DNA of 6,947 nucleotides from a virus: IMG/VR virus record IMGVR_UViG_3300032220_001230, positions 1 to 6,947 of that record; one strand, 5' to 3'. Shown piece by piece: positions 4,536 to 6,947 of this stretch (position 1 is its first letter; each line of letters starts with the position of its first letter). The notes under the pieces were generated by a model. It saw only the letters and a program-made list of their open reading frames with translations, ran no database searches and was not told where the DNA came from. The position numbers and the translations under genes were made by a program.

Positions 4536-4742
4536 TCAGTCTGCTTTTTTTACTTCTTCGATATATTTTGTTACATCTTTTGCACTAAGGTCTTTTAAGT
4601 GCTTGTAAATTAAAGCATTGATAATATCAGCTTCTTCGATTCTTTCTTTAGTTTCGATAATAAAGTCTAGTGACTTTTCTTTAACCGACTCGACAAATTC
4701 CCCACGAACTCTATAAGTTTTTGATAGATCAGATTTTTTCAT
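4536..4742 (-). CDS. Putative phage repressor/transcriptional regulator, 68 aa, ribbon-helix-helix-like
   Basis: It is the only minus-strand gene, divergent from the replication operon like rstR in CTXphi. Starting at MKKSD (ATG 4742) gives AGGA 7 nt upstream. The pattern KTYRVRG (beta strand), EFVESVKEKSLDFII (helix), ADIINALIYKHL (helix) resembles Arc/CopG-type RHH folds. The family assignment is not verified. Confidence 0.55.
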   Translation of the reverse strand: MKKSDLSKTYRVRGEFVESVKEKSLDFIIETKERIEEADIINALIYKHLKDLSAKDVTKYIEEVKKAD

Positions 4743-4761
4743 TTGGTGTCCTAACATTGTT

Positions 4762-4840
4762 CACTGCAACATTATTATTGTGTCACATGTTGCAGTGTCA
4801 CACGCAATTCTGTTATATTTCTGTCAAAATGTTGCATGTG
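4762..4840. promoter_or_regulatory. Divergent promoter/operator region between the repressor and replication operon
   Basis: Inverted repeat CACTGCAACAT (4762-4772) / ATGTTGCAGTG (4787-4797), with a third copy ATGTTGCATGTG (4829-4840). Direct GTGTCACA at 4780-4787 and 4795-4802. Candidate rightward promoter: TTGCAG (4790-4795), 18 nt, TGtTATATT (4811-4819). Candidate leftward promoter: GTGACA (rc of 4796-4801), 16 nt, AATAAT (rc of 4774-4779). Confidence 0.55.
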
Positions 4841-4850
4841 ATTTCGTTAC

Positions 4851-5114
4851 ATGAAAAAAGATACATTAGAATTTCTTACTAAATCTGATTTTATTCAGGC
4901 TGCTTTTGATCAGGTCGCTAAGATCGTTTCTGATCATGCACAGCCTTGTTTAGAGTCTTTGACTCCTGCAATTTCTACAGAGAAATGTCTATTTCATCTC
5001 GCTGCTGTTGCTTCTGACTGGTCTTATGATTCATCTAAGATTGAAGCTTATGCAGAGCTTTATAAGAATTCTAATGCTGAACTAATTGAAGCTTTTGGGG
5101 GAGATGACCTATGA
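4851..5114 (+). CDS. Hypothetical acidic 87-aa protein, first gene of the replication operon
   Basis: The intact ORF uses genome-typical A/T-ending codons. Its stop overlaps the Rep start (ATGA at 5111-5114), and the Rep RBS GGGAG lies inside its 3' end. I see no clear SD of its own and recognise no motif. Confidence 0.55.
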   Translation: MKKDTLEFLTKSDFIQAAFDQVAKIVSDHAQPCLESLTPAISTEKCLFHLAAVASDWSYDSSKIEAYAELYKNSNAELIEAFGGDDL

Positions 5115-6589
5115 ACGGTTTAATGTCTCAAATACTTGAATTTGATAATTCATCTTTATCTCTAGTTGAAATCTTTGATCGTCAGAAATCTATCTTTGAC
5201 GAAATTCATGCGCATTCTGCTTTTGGTCAAATTTCATTGGCAGACGGGCAGACCTTAAAGAACATGCTTGATGGCATTGTTAAAAATAAACTTGCTGCTG
5301 CTGAACAGCAGCCAGTAAAGCAGGCGAAGCCTGCTGAAACTTCTATCCAAGAATTATTTGTACAAAAATTAGCCATTACTACGCAAAACACGGCAGTAAG
5401 CACCCCTTTTTATAATATAGGGGTAGCGGATCAGGTGCAGGCATCTGAATCTTGGGCTTTCCCAAGAAATTTAGATAACTACAATTTAATTTCAACTCCG
5501 CAAGGTGTTGTACCTGTGCTTCGTACAGTTCCGATCGATAACAGCATTGTTGGGATTGATTGGGTTACTTTTAGTTTTTGCCAATCTACATTTGGCGATA
5601 AGTATGTTCATTTGCAACCTGAGCAAGTAGACCTTGCTGTTGGTGATGCAATTGAAACATGGCTTGATCAGATTTTATTTGAAATTTTTGGCTTTGGTAT
5701 CGCTCAGAAGCGAGATAAAGGCATGCATTTCAATAAGTTCGGATATGACCTGCAAGATAACTTGGGGATTGTCTTGTATGGTCATAATAATAAACGTATC
5801 ACTGTTCAAATTAACGGTACGGGCTGTGCTTTAGCACGTAAAGGCTGGAATGAGCAGTTATATAAGTTCATGAAAGAACAAGCTATTTCACCTAAATTAA
5901 ACCGTGTAGACCTTGCTTTTGATGATTTCGAAAGCGAATGGGTTTCTGTTGATATGGCTTATGAATGGGACTCTCAGAATCTTTTCTGGTGTGGCGGTTG
6001 TAATCCTGAAATTAACCAACTTGGTGACTGGAAACGTATTAACGGCAAGGGTCGTACATTAACAATCGGGAACCGTTCTAGCTCTAAATTCTTGCGTTTT
6101 TATGAACGTGGAAAAAAAGAAGGTGATGCTTTAAGTCTATGGACTCGTGCTGAATTAGAGCTTAAGTCTACTGACCGTTATTTGCCGTTAGATATTCTTG
6201 TTGATCCAAGTCCTTATTTTAAAGGTGCTTATCCAGCACTTGAGATTTTAGCCAATCAACTTAATGATTTTATTGCTCCTGAGAAGTGCGAACTTATTGA
6301 AAAGCAAGCAAATATTAATGTTGATAAGGCTCTTGAAATTGTTAAGCATCAATTTGGCAAATATATACGTCAATTCCGTAAATTTATTAATGATGCGGAT
6401 TTATTGAACTTAATTTCATCAGACAAGGATGTTGTACCTAAGCGTCTGAATTTCTCACACGTTGCCGTTATGCAAGCTCTGCGTATCGATCAACCGATTC
6501 AAAATAACATTATTAACGATACGCCATTATTTGAAGGTGTGCCGTTACTTAATTATCCATCTTATCAGGAGTTTATCCATGCAATTTAA
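5111..6589 (+). CDS. Rolling-circle replication initiator, Rep_trans (PF02486-like, RstA-type), 492 aa
   Basis: Ordered motifs typical of this family: IDWVTFSF, RVDLAFDD, GRTLTIGNRSSSKFLRFYERGKKEG, WTRAELELKS. The RBS is GGGAG, 7 nt upstream. The gene is followed by an overlapping small gene, as with rstA-rstB and gII-gV. Confidence 0.85.
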   Translation: MNGLMSQILEFDNSSLSLVEIFDRQKSIFDEIHAHSAFGQISLADGQTLKNMLDGIVKNKLAAAEQQPVKQAKPAETSIQELFVQKLAITTQNTAVSTPFYNIGVADQVQASESWAFPRNLDNYNLISTPQGVVPVLRTVPIDNSIVGIDWVTFSFCQSTFGDKYVHLQPEQVDLAVGDAIETWLDQILFEIFGFGIAQKRDKGMHFNKFGYDLQDNLGIVLYGHNNKRITVQINGTGCALARKGWNEQLYKFMKEQAISPKLNRVDLAFDDFESEWVSVDMAYEWDSQNLFWCGGCNPEINQLGDWKRINGKGRTLTIGNRSSSKFLRFYERGKKEGDALSLWTRAELELKSTDRYLPLDILVDPSPYFKGAYPALEILANQLNDFIAPEKCELIEKQANINVDKALEIVKHQFGKYIRQFRKFINDADLLNLISSDKDVVPKRLNFSHVAVMQALRIDQPIQNNIINDTPLFEGVPLLNYPSYQEFIHAI

Positions 6590-6890
6590 ATCAACAATGG
6601 TTGTACTAGGTGCAAAAAGTTCTAAAGGCGAATTTAACGGCCGTGTATTTGATTCAACGGTAATCTTTTATAAAGCTGACTTGCAAGATGGCGATAACTT
6701 CGTTGGTGAAGTTGGCGAGCAAATTAAATGGGGTTCGTCTGCAAACTTCCAAAAGATTAAGGACTTAGAATTTCCTTTGGTTGCTGATGTAACTATGGAG
6801 CAAGTATCTAATGGTAAGACTTCAACTTTAGTTTTATTGGATTTGGTTCCTCAGAAACCGACTCAATCAAAACCATTAGGCCAAGTTTAA
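6579..6890 (+). CDS. Putative ssDNA-binding protein (gV/RstB positional analogue), 103 aa
   Basis: ATG 6579 is preceded by AGGAG (6567-6571) and overlaps the Rep stop by 11 nt. The product is small, predicted beta-rich and lacks a TM segment. The call is based on position and size only. The ORF-track start at 6462 lies inside Rep and has no RBS. Confidence 0.5.
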   Translation: MQFKSTMVVLGAKSSKGEFNGRVFDSTVIFYKADLQDGDNFVGEVGEQIKWGSSANFQKIKDLEFPLVADVTMEQVSNGKTSTLVLLDLVPQKPTQSKPLGQV

Positions 6891-6896
6891 AAAATA

Positions 6897-6925
6897 AAGC
6901 CTTTGTAAATCAAGGGCTTATATTT
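6897..6925 (+). terminator. Duplicate copy of the 73-101 hairpin terminator candidate
   Basis: Same sequence as 73-101, shifted by 6,824 nt. Confidence 0.45.
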
Positions 6926-6930
6926 AAAAC

Positions 6931-6947
6931 ACTTCGTATAATGTATA
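6931..6947 (+). other. Truncated duplicate of dif-like site 1 (XerC arm plus central region only)
   Basis: ACTTCGTATAA-TGTATA, then the window ends. The XerD arm is not included. Confidence 0.6.

Larger units (their letters stand above)
1..6824 (+). mobile_element. One complete genome unit of a filamentous ssDNA phage (Inoviridae-like, CTXphi/Ff-type module order), circularly permuted in this window
   Basis: The order Rep, ssDNA-binding, two tiny ORFs, major coat, pIII-like, pVI-like, pI/Zot mirrors Ff gII-gV-gVII-gIX-gVIII-gIII-gVI-gI. All genes but one are on the + strand, with tight or overlapping junctions. The 123-nt terminal identity closes the circle at 6,824 nt. Confidence 0.85.
6825..6947. 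repeat. Terminal redundancy, right copy (identical to 1-123)
   Basis: 123/123 identity with the window start. It ends exactly at the last base of the central region of dif-like site 1. Confidence 0.97.

Noticed and set aside
4350-4608. ORFs 4350-4535 (-) and 4411-4608 (+) across the GC-rich island
   Set aside because: Both are generated by the GC-rich hairpin. One uses a TTG start with no RBS. The other runs antisense into the repressor gene. Their sequences are Arg/Ser/Ala/Leu-rich and low-complexity, and the region is better explained as structured non-coding DNA.
5634-5834. 66-aa + strand ORF in an alternative frame inside Rep
   Set aside because: It is embedded in the conserved core of the Rep gene, with no RBS and an implausible composition.
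6462-6578. ORF-track extension of the ssDNA-binding gene to 6462
   Set aside because: The extension lies inside Rep in another frame. The ATG at 6579 has AGGAG 7 nt upstream.
1-6947. CRISPR arrays, tRNA/rRNA genes, transposase or IS ends
   Set aside because: I saw no regularly spaced direct repeats, no cloverleaf-compatible segments, no long terminal inverted repeats and no transposase-sized ORF.

Overview
The window is one complete, circularly permuted genome unit (6,824 nt) of a small filamentous ssDNA phage (Inoviridae-like). Nt 1-123 are identical to nt 6825-6947. Reading around the circle, the gene order is: leftward RHH-like repressor, then rightward orf87, Rep_trans-type replication initiator, putative ssDNA-binding protein, two tiny ORFs, major coat protein, pIII-like adsorption protein, pVI-like protein and pI/Zot assembly ATPase. 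This matches Ff order (gII-gV-gVII-gIX-gVIII-gIII-gVI-gI) and the CTXphi layout (rstR/rstA/rstB + core). I see no secretin, integrase, tRNA, rRNA or CRISPR. The most interesting content is non-coding. There are three dif-like XerC/XerD sites. Two are inverted, 90 nt apart (4271-4300 and 4391-4419), and can fold in ssDNA into a forked hairpin, as described for the CTXphi attP(+). The third (107-134) has canonical 6-bp spacing and lies at the other module boundary. Also present: two related GC-rich hairpin islands in an AT-rich genome (candidate packaging signal, origin or terminator), a three-operator divergent promoter switch, and two sub-threshold or doubtful small ORFs sharing a CxxC-x11-H zinc-finger-like motif. 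All protein family calls rest on motifs, architecture and synteny read by eye. No database search was run.
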